DNA from: Candidatus Kuenenia stuttgartensis
GTDB taxonomy: Bacteria > Planctomycetota > Planctomycetia > Pirellulales > UBA1268
Direction: 5' to 3'
Assembly: GCA_945877135.1 (NCBI GenBank)
Contig: CAMCQY010000001.1
Span: 28,825 to 92,824, forward strand
Length of the DNA: 64,000 nt
In this document: one piece after another, positions 9,001 to 17,366 of the stretch
How the letters are laid out: each line of letters starts with the position of its first letter
Numbering within the stretch: the first letter of the stretch is position 1
Notes under the pieces: generated by a model
What the model saw: only the letters and a program-made list of their open reading frames with translations
Told to the model about the DNA's origin: nothing
Databases searched by the model: none
Position numbers and translations under genes: made by a program

Positions 9001-9599
9001 GGTCGCGGATCGCGGTGCTCGAGGCGCTCCTGCGGCTGCGGCAGACGGCCTGCCATCCCGGTCTCGTCGATCCCGCCCGCCTTGACGAGCCGGCAGCCAA
9101 GCTCGACACGCTGCTGGAGCAGCTCTCGGAAGTGATCGACGAGGGCCACAAGGTGCTCGTGTTCAGCCAGTTCACCAGCTTCCTGTCGATCGTCCGACGC
9201 CGGCTCGACGAGCGTGCCATCACCTACGAATACCTCGACGGCAAGACGACCGACCGACAGGCACGCGTGCAGCGGTTCCAGGAAGATGCCGAATGCCGCC
9301 TGTTCCTCGTCAGCCTGAAGGCGGGCGGTCAGGGACTCAACCTCACCGCGGCCGACTACATCTACATCCTCGATCCGTGGTGGAATCCGGCGGTCGAGGC
9401 CCAGGCAGTCGACCGGGCCCATCGCATCGGCCAGACTCGGCGAGTCTTCGCCTACCGACTGATCGCCCGGGACACGGTCGAGGAGAAGATCGTCGCACTC
9501 CAGGATCGCAAGCGGGAACTGGCTGAATCGATCGTCCGCGCCGATGACAGCATGGTGTCAAGCCTGACGGCCGAGGACGTCGAGATGCTGCTCTCGTGA
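6054..9599 (+). CDS. SNF2-family helicase with long N-terminal SNF2-associated region
   Basis: The C-terminal half has SNF2 motifs: LADDMGLGKTIQ (I), VLDEAQSIKN (II), LTGTPVENH (III), and helicase-C LVSLKAGGQGLNLTAADYIYILDPWWNPAVEAQAVDRAHRIGQ. Start is set at ATG 6054 (MTSLEKR); ATG 6045 is also possible. Confidence 0.88.
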   Translation: MTSLEKRLFKLFEPADVATARAIVLKRVWCPRVGQVHATIDGDDGETHQVRLELSARRKGGMSLESHSTSPVGRSGKPCALLAAVLLEIDRRGLFSNLHDHTPLALDIVPADDHEEQPAEDDTSPDDDDSNAEQGASLVTAVRNVSPPVTTPAVTGSRAGSTRLPAWAAELDERRRLVEPAVRDRMVTITDSRKSAGAVIFLLDLAASADARAAVLVPGRMQLDVAGNATGRPRPIVIGPGQVELDQLDAQERSILAQLVGAIAVGELGGTEPLERRTIARVVVSSQSAATHLAMLCETGRLVLQPEPRRNPDLVIPLVWDGGRPWEFALVLEPDDVASTRAETIADLAAEGKPLPRPGRATLRGMLVRGSERKDLRTPRAILRSGLIVFEDRLARLTVAGTGGWMEQFERRGPIEFSGAQVDGLIDRLAILADLPRLELPGWTGWRIESGAARPKLVLDDSPSVSLDAEEDGLPPDEDDGVREVRPTRRRPTPRVQLAGRIWFDYAGILIAADEPAGGATDPARRILVRRDRASERDAIAMLPRYGGTPPRFGDSDAAEVGHHVEIARARLDASVSQLAAAGWTVEVSGRRYRPAGSVAWNVTSGIDWFELSAAIDFGGVTADLPALLEALAKGSRSVELSDGSLGILPDSLAAQIEPMAVLAQKHDGRLRYGRIQMALLDALLAGQPQSHVDEAFERIRDELSRGERPEAEDEPEGFQGTLRHYQREGLGWLSFLERMGLGGCLADDMGLGKTIQVLAMFVRRQTLLTAGGIAHRPSLVIVPKSLVFNWIEEARKFAPSLRVLNYTGNARVDEAGSLADHDIILTTYGTLRRDIINHREIEFDYVVLDEAQSIKNASSQAAKACRLLRARHRLALTGTPVENHIGELWSIFEFLNPGQLGSATRLKRFLAGGRTSSEVVARAVRPYLLRRTKKQVLSDLPEKTEQTLFCELGEEQRKAYDELREHYRLELSGRIGRMGIGRSRIAVLEALLRLRQTACHPGLVDPARLDEPAAKLDTLLEQLSEVIDEGHKVLVFSQFTSFLSIVRRRLDERAITYEYLDGKTTDRQARVQRFQEDAECRLFLVSLKAGGQGLNLTAADYIYILDPWWNPAVEAQAVDRAHRIGQTRRVFAYRLIARDTVEEKIVALQDRKRELAESIVRADDSMVSSLTAEDVEMLLS

Positions 9600-9711
9600 C
9601 CCGACCACCCCCTGGGCTTTGTGCCAACACTTCTCCGCGGCACAGCATTTTCCATTGTAAGATCCTTTTGGGATTTGCCTTGAATCGACCTCCTCAACCT
9701 GGAATCTCACG

Positions 9712-11178
9712 ATGCGCCACTGCCGTCGGTCCCGTCGCGTATTTCTTCAAGCCCTGATGGCCTCTGGTCTGGCCGTCAACACAGGCAGGCGTGCTTCGGC
9801 ACGCATCGTCGGCGCCAATGACCGTGTTCGAATCGCGGTGGTGGGCGTCAACGGCCGCGGCCAGGCCCACCTCGAGGGCTTCAGTGGCGTCGACAATGTC
9901 GAAATCGCCGCCGTCGTCGACCCGCACGCCGACGTGCTCGCCCGCACGATGGCCTCACTGGAGAAGAAGGCCGCTGGGAGCCTGACCACTCGGGGCGTAA
10001 GCGATGTCCGTCGGGTGTTGGAGGATCCGACCATCGATGCGATCTCCATCGCCACGCCCAACCATTGGCACAGCCTGATGACGATCTGGGGAGCGCAGGC
10101 CGGCAAGCATGTGTACGTCGAAAAGCCGCTCAGCCATGACGTGGCGGAAGGCCGCATCGCAGTGGAAGCCCAGAAGAAGTACGGCGTCGTCGTGCAGCAC
10201 GGCACGCAGCGCCGCAGCGACCCGGGGATCGCTGGCCTCCATGAGGCACTCAAGTCGGGCAAGCTGCCCAGGCTGAAGATCGCGTATGGATACTGCTGCA
10301 AGCCGCGAGGGAGCATCGGTCGCAAGGACGTGAAGCAACCGCCGACGAGCCTCGACTGGAACCTCTGGAAAGGGCCCGCCGTCATCGAGAACTACCATGA
10401 CAATTACGTCCCCTACAACTGGCATTGGTTCTGGGAGACAGGCAACGGCGATCTCAACAACCAGGGCACCCACCAACTGGACGTGGCACAGTGGGCGATC
10501 GATGACGACCAGACGCACCCCGTCCGCACGATGGCTATCGGGGGCCGCTTCCAGTGGGACGATCAGGGACAGACGCCCAACACGATGTTCGCGATGGCCG
10601 AATACGCCAATGGCCAGGCCGTGCTCTTCAACGTCCGCAACGTCAGCTACAAGGGCTACGAAAACCAAGTCTTCAATGAATACTACCTGGAAGATGGCAG
10701 CGTGATCACCGGCGAGGGCAAGTACACCATCCGACGACCTGGCAGCGCTACCGTCGAGGCTCTCGACCTCGAGCCGGGGGACGTGACCCCGGGGGGGAAC
10801 TGGAAGAGCTTCATCACGGCCATCCGCGCCGGAGATCCGGCACTCGCCAACGGCAACGTGGTGGACGCCCACACCAGCTGTGTGCTGGGGCACCTGATGA
10901 ACAACTCCTATCGACTGGGGCAGGAGGTGCCTTTCTCAGCAGATGCCTCGTCTTTTGGCGGCCGCACAGACGTGGCCGAGCATTTCGCCAAATTACACGC
11001 GATCATGCGGGATGGCGTCGGCATTGCCGAGGGACAGGCCCACTATCGCCTAGGACCCATGCTCACGTTTGATCCAGCCACCGAGCGACATATCGGCGAC
11101 CATGCCGACGCCGCGAACGCCTTGCTGAAGGCTCCCAACAACCCTGGTTTCGAGATACCGGCGGTGACACAGCTCTAG
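9712..11178 (+). CDS. Gfo/Idh/MocA-family oxidoreductase with twin-arginine signal
   Basis: Tat-like N-terminus RRSRRVFLQALMASGLAV, then the Rossmann segment RIAVVGVNGRGQAH and the EKP motif (VYVEKPLSH). Confidence 0.85.
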   Translation: MRHCRRSRRVFLQALMASGLAVNTGRRASARIVGANDRVRIAVVGVNGRGQAHLEGFSGVDNVEIAAVVDPHADVLARTMASLEKKAAGSLTTRGVSDVRRVLEDPTIDAISIATPNHWHSLMTIWGAQAGKHVYVEKPLSHDVAEGRIAVEAQKKYGVVVQHGTQRRSDPGIAGLHEALKSGKLPRLKIAYGYCCKPRGSIGRKDVKQPPTSLDWNLWKGPAVIENYHDNYVPYNWHWFWETGNGDLNNQGTHQLDVAQWAIDDDQTHPVRTMAIGGRFQWDDQGQTPNTMFAMAEYANGQAVLFNVRNVSYKGYENQVFNEYYLEDGSVITGEGKYTIRRPGSATVEALDLEPGDVTPGGNWKSFITAIRAGDPALANGNVVDAHTSCVLGHLMNNSYRLGQEVPFSADASSFGGRTDVAEHFAKLHAIMRDGVGIAEGQAHYRLGPMLTFDPATERHIGDHADAANALLKAPNNPGFEIPAVTQL

Positions 11179-11300
11179 CTGGCTGTCTGTGAAAAAAGCC
11201 ACCCGTTGGGGAACCGTCACCGGAGCGACCCTCACGAAAGTCTAACGGCTAACCAATAGACTCCGAGCTCAACAATCAGGGTTCAATCGGTCGCACGGCC

Positions 11301-11337
11301 CGCGCAGCCTTTTCCCCCACGCGCAGTCTTTCCCCCA
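11301..11337. repeat. Tandem direct repeat (19 + 18 bp) just upstream of the response-regulator gene
   Basis: CGCGCAGCCTTTTCCCCCA (11301-11319) is followed directly by CGCGCAGTCTTTCCCCCA (11320-11337). It ends 16 nt before the ATG at 11354. Confidence 0.8.
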
Positions 11338-11353
11338 ATCGAGTTGCCCCCAC

Positions 11354-12043
11354 ATGGCCGGTCAACAGATTCTCGTGGTCGATGACGAAGAGGACCTGCT
11401 GGAGTTGGTGAGCTACAAGCTCTCCAAGGACGGCTATCGCGTGCAGTGCGTTGGCACCGGCGAAGATGCGCTCAAGACCGCGCGGAAGCAGCCGCCCGAC
11501 CTGATCGTCCTCGACTGGATGCTCCCGGCCGTAGACGGACTCGAGGTCTGCCGTCGGCTCAAGAGCGATCCCAAGACCCGCGATATCCCCATCATCATGC
11601 TGACAGCCAAGGGGGAGGAGAGCGACATGGTCGCCGGCCTCGAGCGGGGCGCCGACGACTACATCGCCAAGCCGTTCAGCCCGCGGGTGCTCTCGGCCCG
11701 CGTCAAGGCGCTCCTGCGACGCAAGGAGGCCGATTCAAAGGCAGACCAGGAAACGACGCTCGACGTCCATGAACTCTCGATCCACGCCGGCCGGCACGAG
11801 GTGACTCTGGCCGGCGCGCTGGTCGAACTGACCTATACCGAGTTTGCCTTGCTGCAATTCCTGGCCAAGAGGCCGGGGTGGGCCTACACCCGCACGCAGA
11901 TTGTCGACGCGGTCAAGGGAGAGGATTATCCTGTGACGGAGCGGTCGGTGGACGTACAAGTCGCCGGCCTGCGCAAGAAACTCGGCGAGTTCGGGTCCTA
12001 CATCGAAACCGTTCGTGGCGTGGGATACCGGTTCCGGGCGTAG
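11354..12043 (+). CDS. OmpR/PhoB-family response regulator
   Basis: Receiver domain (DDEEDL..., phospho-Asp context LIVLDWMLP, conserved K in YIAKPF) plus a winged-helix C-terminus (LTYTEFALLQFLA..., VRGVGYRF). Confidence 0.92.
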   Translation: MAGQQILVVDDEEDLLELVSYKLSKDGYRVQCVGTGEDALKTARKQPPDLIVLDWMLPAVDGLEVCRRLKSDPKTRDIPIIMLTAKGEESDMVAGLERGADDYIAKPFSPRVLSARVKALLRRKEADSKADQETTLDVHELSIHAGRHEVTLAGALVELTYTEFALLQFLAKRPGWAYTRTQIVDAVKGEDYPVTERSVDVQVAGLRKKLGEFGSYIETVRGVGYRFRA

Positions 12044-12119
12044 CACGAGTCTCGGTCGAGAGTCCTCCCCAGTCCGCCCCGGTCGTTCGCAGTCCTTCGC
12101 AGCTTTCGCGTAGTTTTTC

Positions 12120-13904
12120 ATGGCCCGCTCGCGGTTCGTATGGCATGTGTTCGCGGGCTTCTGCGCGATGGTCGCGGCAGGCTTGGTCGGCTGCTTCTGG
12201 ATGGCAAGCGTGCAGCTGGCCCGGCTGGCCGATGCCTCCCAACTGCAGCGGGTGGCCGACGTGGCGACGGGGCTGACGGCGATCTTTCCCGATCGGGTCG
12301 AAGCCGTCGATCCCATCGCGTTCTCCGACGCCACGCGACGGATGGTCGGCGGTACGCGAACCCAAATGGACCTGCTCGCCCCCGACGGAACCGTGCTGGC
12401 GACGTCCGCCCCGGGTGGCATCGTGGGGGAGCGGTCTGCTCCGGCTGATGTGCTCGTCGAGGAGGCCCGCGCCGGACGAATCGCTCGGTCCAGTCGCTAC
12501 GATGCCGCAGCTGGTAAACGCATTCTCGTAGTGGCCGCACCCGTTGGTCCGGTCGGACATCCCGCAGGCATCGTCCGCGTCACGGCAGACACGGTCGATT
12601 CCGACGCCGAGTTGGCGCGGTCCCAGCGGTGGCTGTTGCTCGGCTTCCTGCTGTGGGCGGCGGCTGCGTTGGCCGCCGGCCTCGCAGTGTCCAGCCGACT
12701 CGCTCGGCCGGTGGCCGACCTGTCGATGGCCGCGGCGCGGCTGGCCAATGGCGACGTCAGCGCAGCCATTCCGGCGGCAGAATCGGAGGAGCTCGCCGAA
12801 CTGGCCGACGCGATTACATCGCTCCGCGAACAGCTCGTCGAACGCGGGCTCACGATCGGCAGGCAGGGCAGCCAGCAGGAGGCGGTTCTCGGCAGCATGA
12901 TGGAGGGCGTGCTCGCCATCGATGCCCGGCAGCGGGTCGTGGGAATCAACCGCGCGGCGGCGGAGTTGCTCGCCGTAGACCCCGATCGAGCCATCCGTCG
13001 TCCACTGCAGGAGGTGGTCCGTAACCCAGACCTGCGGCGATTTGCCCTGCGGGCGATCGACTGCCGAGAACCCGTCGAGGATGATCTCCTGCTCCGCGGA
13101 GGCCGCGACCGTACGATCCGCCTGCGGGGCACGGCGCTGCGGGATCTTTCGGGGGAAGGCGGGGCCGTGATCGTCTTGAACGACGTGACAGCCATGCAGC
13201 GGCTGGAGAACGTCCGCCGCGATTTTGTCGCCAACGTGTCACACGAGCTGAAAACTCCGATCTCGTCGATCAAGGGCTTCGTGGAGACGTTGCTCGATGG
13301 GGCGGGCGATGACCCGGCCGACCAGAGGCGATTTCTCAGCATCATCGCGAGGCAGGCCGACCGGCTCGCGTCGATCATCGAAGATCTCCTGGCTCTCTCC
13401 CGGATCGAACAGAGCGAAGGCACAGGCAACCTGCCGCGCGAGGCGGTGCTGCTGGCCGATCTGCTCTCCGCCGTAACAGTCGACTGCCTGCCACGGGCCA
13501 GCGACCGCTCTATCCAACTCGATGTCTCCTGCGATCCTCACATCGAGGCGGAGATCAACGCGCCGCTCTTGGAGCAGGCGCTGATCAACCTCGTTGACAA
13601 TGCCATCAAGTACAGCGATCCAGGCCGTACGATCTGGATCACGGTCGGCGTCGAGACGGCACCAACGGAACGCTCTAGGGCCGTGGTCATCACGGTTCGC
13701 GACGAGGGCTGTGGCGTCGAGGCCGAGCATCTGCCACGGCTTTTCGAGCGGTTCTACCGCGTGGACAAGGCCCGCAGCCGCAAGCTCGGCGGCACGGGTT
13801 TGGGCCTGTCGATCGTCAAGCACATCGTGCAGGCCCACGGCGGCACGGTGGCCGTGGAGAGTGAACCGGGCGTGGGCAGCACGTTCACGATCCGCCTGCC
13901 ATGA
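12120..13904 (+). CDS. Sensor histidine kinase (PhoR-like architecture: TM-periplasmic-TM-HAMP-PAS-HisKA-HATPase)
   Basis: H-box FVANVSHELKTPISSIKGF. N, G1 and G2 boxes are LINLVDNAIKY, RDEGCGV and GGTGLGLSIVKHIV. Two hydrophobic segments flank a ~150-aa loop. Confidence 0.9.
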   Translation: MARSRFVWHVFAGFCAMVAAGLVGCFWMASVQLARLADASQLQRVADVATGLTAIFPDRVEAVDPIAFSDATRRMVGGTRTQMDLLAPDGTVLATSAPGGIVGERSAPADVLVEEARAGRIARSSRYDAAAGKRILVVAAPVGPVGHPAGIVRVTADTVDSDAELARSQRWLLLGFLLWAAAALAAGLAVSSRLARPVADLSMAAARLANGDVSAAIPAAESEELAELADAITSLREQLVERGLTIGRQGSQQEAVLGSMMEGVLAIDARQRVVGINRAAAELLAVDPDRAIRRPLQEVVRNPDLRRFALRAIDCREPVEDDLLLRGGRDRTIRLRGTALRDLSGEGGAVIVLNDVTAMQRLENVRRDFVANVSHELKTPISSIKGFVETLLDGAGDDPADQRRFLSIIARQADRLASIIEDLLALSRIEQSEGTGNLPREAVLLADLLSAVTVDCLPRASDRSIQLDVSCDPHIEAEINAPLLEQALINLVDNAIKYSDPGRTIWITVGVETAPTERSRAVVITVRDEGCGVEAEHLPRLFERFYRVDKARSRKLGGTGLGLSIVKHIVQAHGGTVAVESEPGVGSTFTIRLP

Positions 13905-13932
13905 TGAGGAAGAATCGATGAGGAAGAATCGG

Positions 13933-14667
13933 CTAGGAAACCGAGCCTTTCGCTGACGGGTGGCCGCCGTCCACCGGCAGGCAGAGGCCGCTGACGAAAT
14001 CGTTTTCAATGAGAAACAGGACCGCATGGGCCACGTGTTCGGGAGTCCCCCCGCCAGGAAGCGTCGTGTCTGCGAACACGCAGTTGACCCGCACCCGCGG
14101 ATTGCTGGCAGCAAACTCCACCGCCAGACTCCGCGTCATGGCGGGAATCGCCCCTTGGCTTGGCAGGAAGGCGGCTGCACCGGTTGTGGGGTGGTCCATC
14201 GCTGAATCAGCCGACGTGACGATGCAGCCGCCCTCGGTCTGGCGGACCATGAAGGCCCCCGCCTCCTGTGCTACGACGAACGTGCCCACGCAGTTGATGT
14301 CGAAGTGGGTCCGTAGGTCGTCGGCCGTTACCTCTTCCAGAGGTCCGGCATACCGGATCGCGGCGCAGGTCACGACCGCATCGATGCGACCGAAGTGATC
14401 GGCCACGCGTTGCACCATTGCCCGCACCGGCCCCTCGTCGCGGAGGTTCGCCGTGACGGCCAGACTCGGCACGCCGGCCGCATTGAGCTGATCCGCCAGC
14501 GAACGGGCCTCCTGGAGCGACCCGTGGGCGTGGATCGCCACGGCATAGCCGCGCGAGGCCAATGCTCGCACGACCGCCGCTCCCATGCCTCGTTCACCAC
14601 CCGTGACCAGCGCCACGCGGCCCGTCTGCGCCACGGCTCCGGGGATGAAGGCAAGTGGTTCGTGCAT
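13933..14667 (-). CDS. Short-chain dehydrogenase/reductase-fold protein lacking the canonical YxxxK
   Basis: Cofactor motif VTGGERGMG (TGxxxGxG). Where SDRs have AAYSASKAA this protein has AAFLPSQGA. The ATG is at 14667; the ORF-track start at 14670 is TTG. Confidence 0.8.
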   Translation of the reverse strand: MHEPLAFIPGAVAQTGRVALVTGGERGMGAAVVRALASRGYAVAIHAHGSLQEARSLADQLNAAGVPSLAVTANLRDEGPVRAMVQRVADHFGRIDAVVTCAAIRYAGPLEEVTADDLRTHFDINCVGTFVVAQEAGAFMVRQTEGGCIVTSADSAMDHPTTGAAAFLPSQGAIPAMTRSLAVEFAASNPRVRVNCVFADTTLPGGGTPEHVAHAVLFLIENDFVSGLCLPVDGGHPSAKGSVS

Positions 14668-14720
14668 CAAGCGTCTCCGGGAAAGCGTATGGGGGAGCAG
14701 CGGCCGTTCAGCCCTGTCGT

Positions 14721-14756
14721 CCAGGTCGACTTGGTCGACCAGGTCGACCTGGTCGG
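14721..14756. repeat. Tandem palindromic 18-bp repeat
   Basis: CCAGGTCGACTTGGTCGA followed by CCAGGTCGACCTGGTCGG. It contains the perfect 14-bp palindrome CCAGGTCGACCTGG. It sits between the LOG-like stop and the SDR start. Confidence 0.8.
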
Positions 14757-14768
14757 CATCTTGATCAC

Positions 14769-15815
14769 CTACGCCTGCGTCTTCATCGTCTCATGGAAGT
14801 CGAGGATCTGCTGCCAGGCCTCCTCGGGGGTTTCGGCGTAGCTGAAGAGCTTGAGGTGCTCGTCTGCGATCACACCACTGTCGGCGAGAAACTGGAAGTT
14901 GATCACCTTCGACCAATAGTCGCGACCGAACAGAATGATCGGCACCGGCTGCATGCGGTGCGTCTGCCGCAGGGTGAGCGTCTCGAACATCTCATCGAGC
15001 GTACCGAAGCCGCCTGGAAAGAGCACGACGGCGGCGGCCCGCAGGATGAAGTGAAACTTTCGCAGCGCAAAATACTTGAACTGAAAGCAGAGTTCCGGCG
15101 TGATGAACGGATTCGGCTGCTGCTCGCTGGGCAGCTTGATGTTGAGGCCGATCGACTTGCATCCGACATCGAACGCGCCACGGTTGGCCGCTTCCATGAT
15201 GCCCGGCCCGCCGCCGGTGATGATCACGTAGTCACGCTTGTCGTCGCACTGGTTGTCGATCGACACCAATCGGGCAAACTCACGGGCCGCATCGTAATAG
15301 CGGCAGTAGGCGAGGAGCTGTTCTGCCCGCTTGAGCTCGCGGGCGAGCCCCTCCAAAGCCATCGCCGACGCCGGGACGGCGGCTGTATTCTGCGCCCGCG
15401 CCATGGCGCGGCGAGCCTCCGACAGCCGCCGCTCTGCCGCCGGCCGCTCCACGATCTGCGTACCGCCAAACACGATCACCGTGGAGGTGATGCTGTCGGC
15501 CTGAAGGGCCAGTTCTGGCTTACCCAGTTCGAGCAGCATCCGCACGCCACGCATCTCGGCCTTGTCGAGCAGGTGTCGGTCATCCTGGGCCAGGCTATAG
15601 CTGGGCGAGGACAGGATTTTCTCCATGTTTTCCGCGACCAAGGCCACGTCGTCGCCGAGCGTGGTGTCGGGCAGGATGCTGCAGGCCTTGGGCCGTGAGC
15701 TGGGCTCACCGACGGGAACGCGCCCAGCTGCGACCGGTCCCGTGGCGGGAGCCGGTGCCGATTGCCGCGGTGTCTTCGCTGCGGGTGTCTTGGAGGTCTT
15801 TGGTGTCTTCGCCAT
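14769..15815 (-). CDS. LOG / TIGR00730-family Rossmann-fold nucleotide-binding protein (PpnN/LOG-like)
   Basis: Motifs GGGPGIMEAANRGA and PGGFGTLDEMFE. There is a Lys/Pro/Ala-rich ~40-aa N-terminal extension. GGGAG lies 8 nt upstream of the ATG. Confidence 0.8.
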   Translation of the reverse strand: MAKTPKTSKTPAAKTPRQSAPAPATGPVAAGRVPVGEPSSRPKACSILPDTTLGDDVALVAENMEKILSSPSYSLAQDDRHLLDKAEMRGVRMLLELGKPELALQADSITSTVIVFGGTQIVERPAAERRLSEARRAMARAQNTAAVPASAMALEGLARELKRAEQLLAYCRYYDAAREFARLVSIDNQCDDKRDYVIITGGGPGIMEAANRGAFDVGCKSIGLNIKLPSEQQPNPFITPELCFQFKYFALRKFHFILRAAAVVLFPGGFGTLDEMFETLTLRQTHRMQPVPIILFGRDYWSKVINFQFLADSGVIADEHLKLFSYAETPEEAWQQILDFHETMKTQA

Positions 15816-15866
15816 TGTCGTACTCCCTGCCGTCGCTACCTGGAACGCGATTCTCGTTGAAACAAT

Positions 15867-17285
15867 TCAGGAATCCAGCCGGGCCACAGTGCCGATGGCT
15901 GGGATTTCCACATCCCAGCCGCGGGTCTCCCGCAGGAAATCGGCCATGCCGCGGGCGGCAGGCGGCTCGCCATGGACGAGGAATGTTTTTCGGGGCGCAG
16001 GCATGCCGGACACCCAGCGACCGATCTCGCGACGGTCGGCATGGCCCGAGAGGGCGTCCACCCGCCGCACGACCGCCTTGACCGGAATGTCGCGACCGTG
16101 GATGCGGAGATATTTGGCCCCGTCAATGAGCGACCGGCCCCGCGTGCCAATCGCCTGGAAGCCCGCCACCAGCACTGTCGTTTGAGGATCGGGCAGCCGC
16201 TGGGCGAGGTGATGGAGGATGCGGCCACCATTCATCATGCCGCTGGAGGCGATCACGATCCCCGGCCCTTCGTGGGCGTTGATCGCCTTCGACTCGGCCG
16301 CCGTCTTCGCCATGCGGACAAACGGCGAGGCCATTGCCTCGGCCACGCCGGCCATCCTCGCCTCCGTGAAATCGTGCTCGGCCACATGCCGGCGGAATAC
16401 TTCCGTTGCCTCGACCGCCATCGGTGAATCGACCCAGATCGGCACCTCGGGCAGGCGACCGGCGGCTATCAGCGTGCGGAACAGGTAGACGAGTTGCTGG
16501 CAGCGGCCGATCGCAAACGATGCCACGAGCATCATGCCCCCCCTGGCCAACGACTCCTTCGTGACCGCCTCCAACTCGTCGAGCGGTCGGCTTGCGGAGT
16601 GATCGCGGTCGCCATAGGTGCTCTCGCAGACGAGGTAGTCGCAGGCGGGAGCGGGCACGGGATCGTGGTAGAGCGGCGCGTTGTAGCGGCCGACATCCCC
16701 CGAAAAGACGAGCCGCCGCAGGCCGGCGTCCGTGGTCACCTCCACTTCGATGAACGAACTGCCGAGCATGTGACCGGCATCGTGGAAACGGCACCGGATT
16801 CCCGGTGCCGGCTCGAACCAGGTGTCGCGGGCCACCGCCTTTACCAGCCGCAACGCACGATCGACATCCCTCTCGTCGTAGAGCGGCAAGGCTGGCTGGT
16901 GCTTCGAATAGCCCTTGCGATTGGCATACGCGGCATCCTCGCCCTGGCACTTGGCAGAATCGTAGAGCAGCAGCCCGAGCAGGTCGGCCGTGGCGGGAGA
17001 GGTGAGGATGGGGCCCTTGAATCCCTCCCGGGCCAGCCGGGGCAGCCAGCCCGAATGGTCGATGTGACCGTGCGTGAGCACGACCGCGTCGATCGTGTCG
17101 GCAGGCACTGGAAAACGGTCCCAATTCCGCTCGCGCAGATGCTTCTCACCCTGAAACAGGCCGCAATCGACCAGCACGCGGGAGCCGCCCACATCGAGCA
17201 GATGACGAGAACCCGACACCGTACCCGCCGCGCCAAGAAAAGTGATGCTGGCTCCGTCGTGGGGAGCGTTGTGCTGTGGTGCCAT
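15867..17285 (-). CDS. MBL-fold beta-CASP family hydrolase (RNA-metabolising type)
   Basis: Metallo-beta-lactamase motif LTHGHIDHSGWLP, the later CESTYGDRDH, and the C-terminal SGHAD typical of beta-CASP enzymes. Confidence 0.85.
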   Translation of the reverse strand: MAPQHNAPHDGASITFLGAAGTVSGSRHLLDVGGSRVLVDCGLFQGEKHLRERNWDRFPVPADTIDAVVLTHGHIDHSGWLPRLAREGFKGPILTSPATADLLGLLLYDSAKCQGEDAAYANRKGYSKHQPALPLYDERDVDRALRLVKAVARDTWFEPAPGIRCRFHDAGHMLGSSFIEVEVTTDAGLRRLVFSGDVGRYNAPLYHDPVPAPACDYLVCESTYGDRDHSASRPLDELEAVTKESLARGGMMLVASFAIGRCQQLVYLFRTLIAAGRLPEVPIWVDSPMAVEATEVFRRHVAEHDFTEARMAGVAEAMASPFVRMAKTAAESKAINAHEGPGIVIASSGMMNGGRILHHLAQRLPDPQTTVLVAGFQAIGTRGRSLIDGAKYLRIHGRDIPVKAVVRRVDALSGHADRREIGRWVSGMPAPRKTFLVHGEPPAARGMADFLRETRGWDVEIPAIGTVARLDS

Positions 17286-17366
17286 GATGGGATCTCCGAA
17301 TGATTGATGCTGGAGTGGACTGATGATGGGGCGTATGACAGAGGTGGTGTTCGAGCGGTGATCGGG

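Noticed and set aside
11354-13904. Assigning the two-component pair as phoB/phoR proper and linking it to the PiT transporter at 51863-53416 as a Pho regulon.
   Set aside because: The architecture is PhoR-like, but the genes are 38 kb from the PiT gene. No pstSCAB or phoU is nearby, and I found no Pho-box-like 11-bp phased repeats. I kept the family-level names only.
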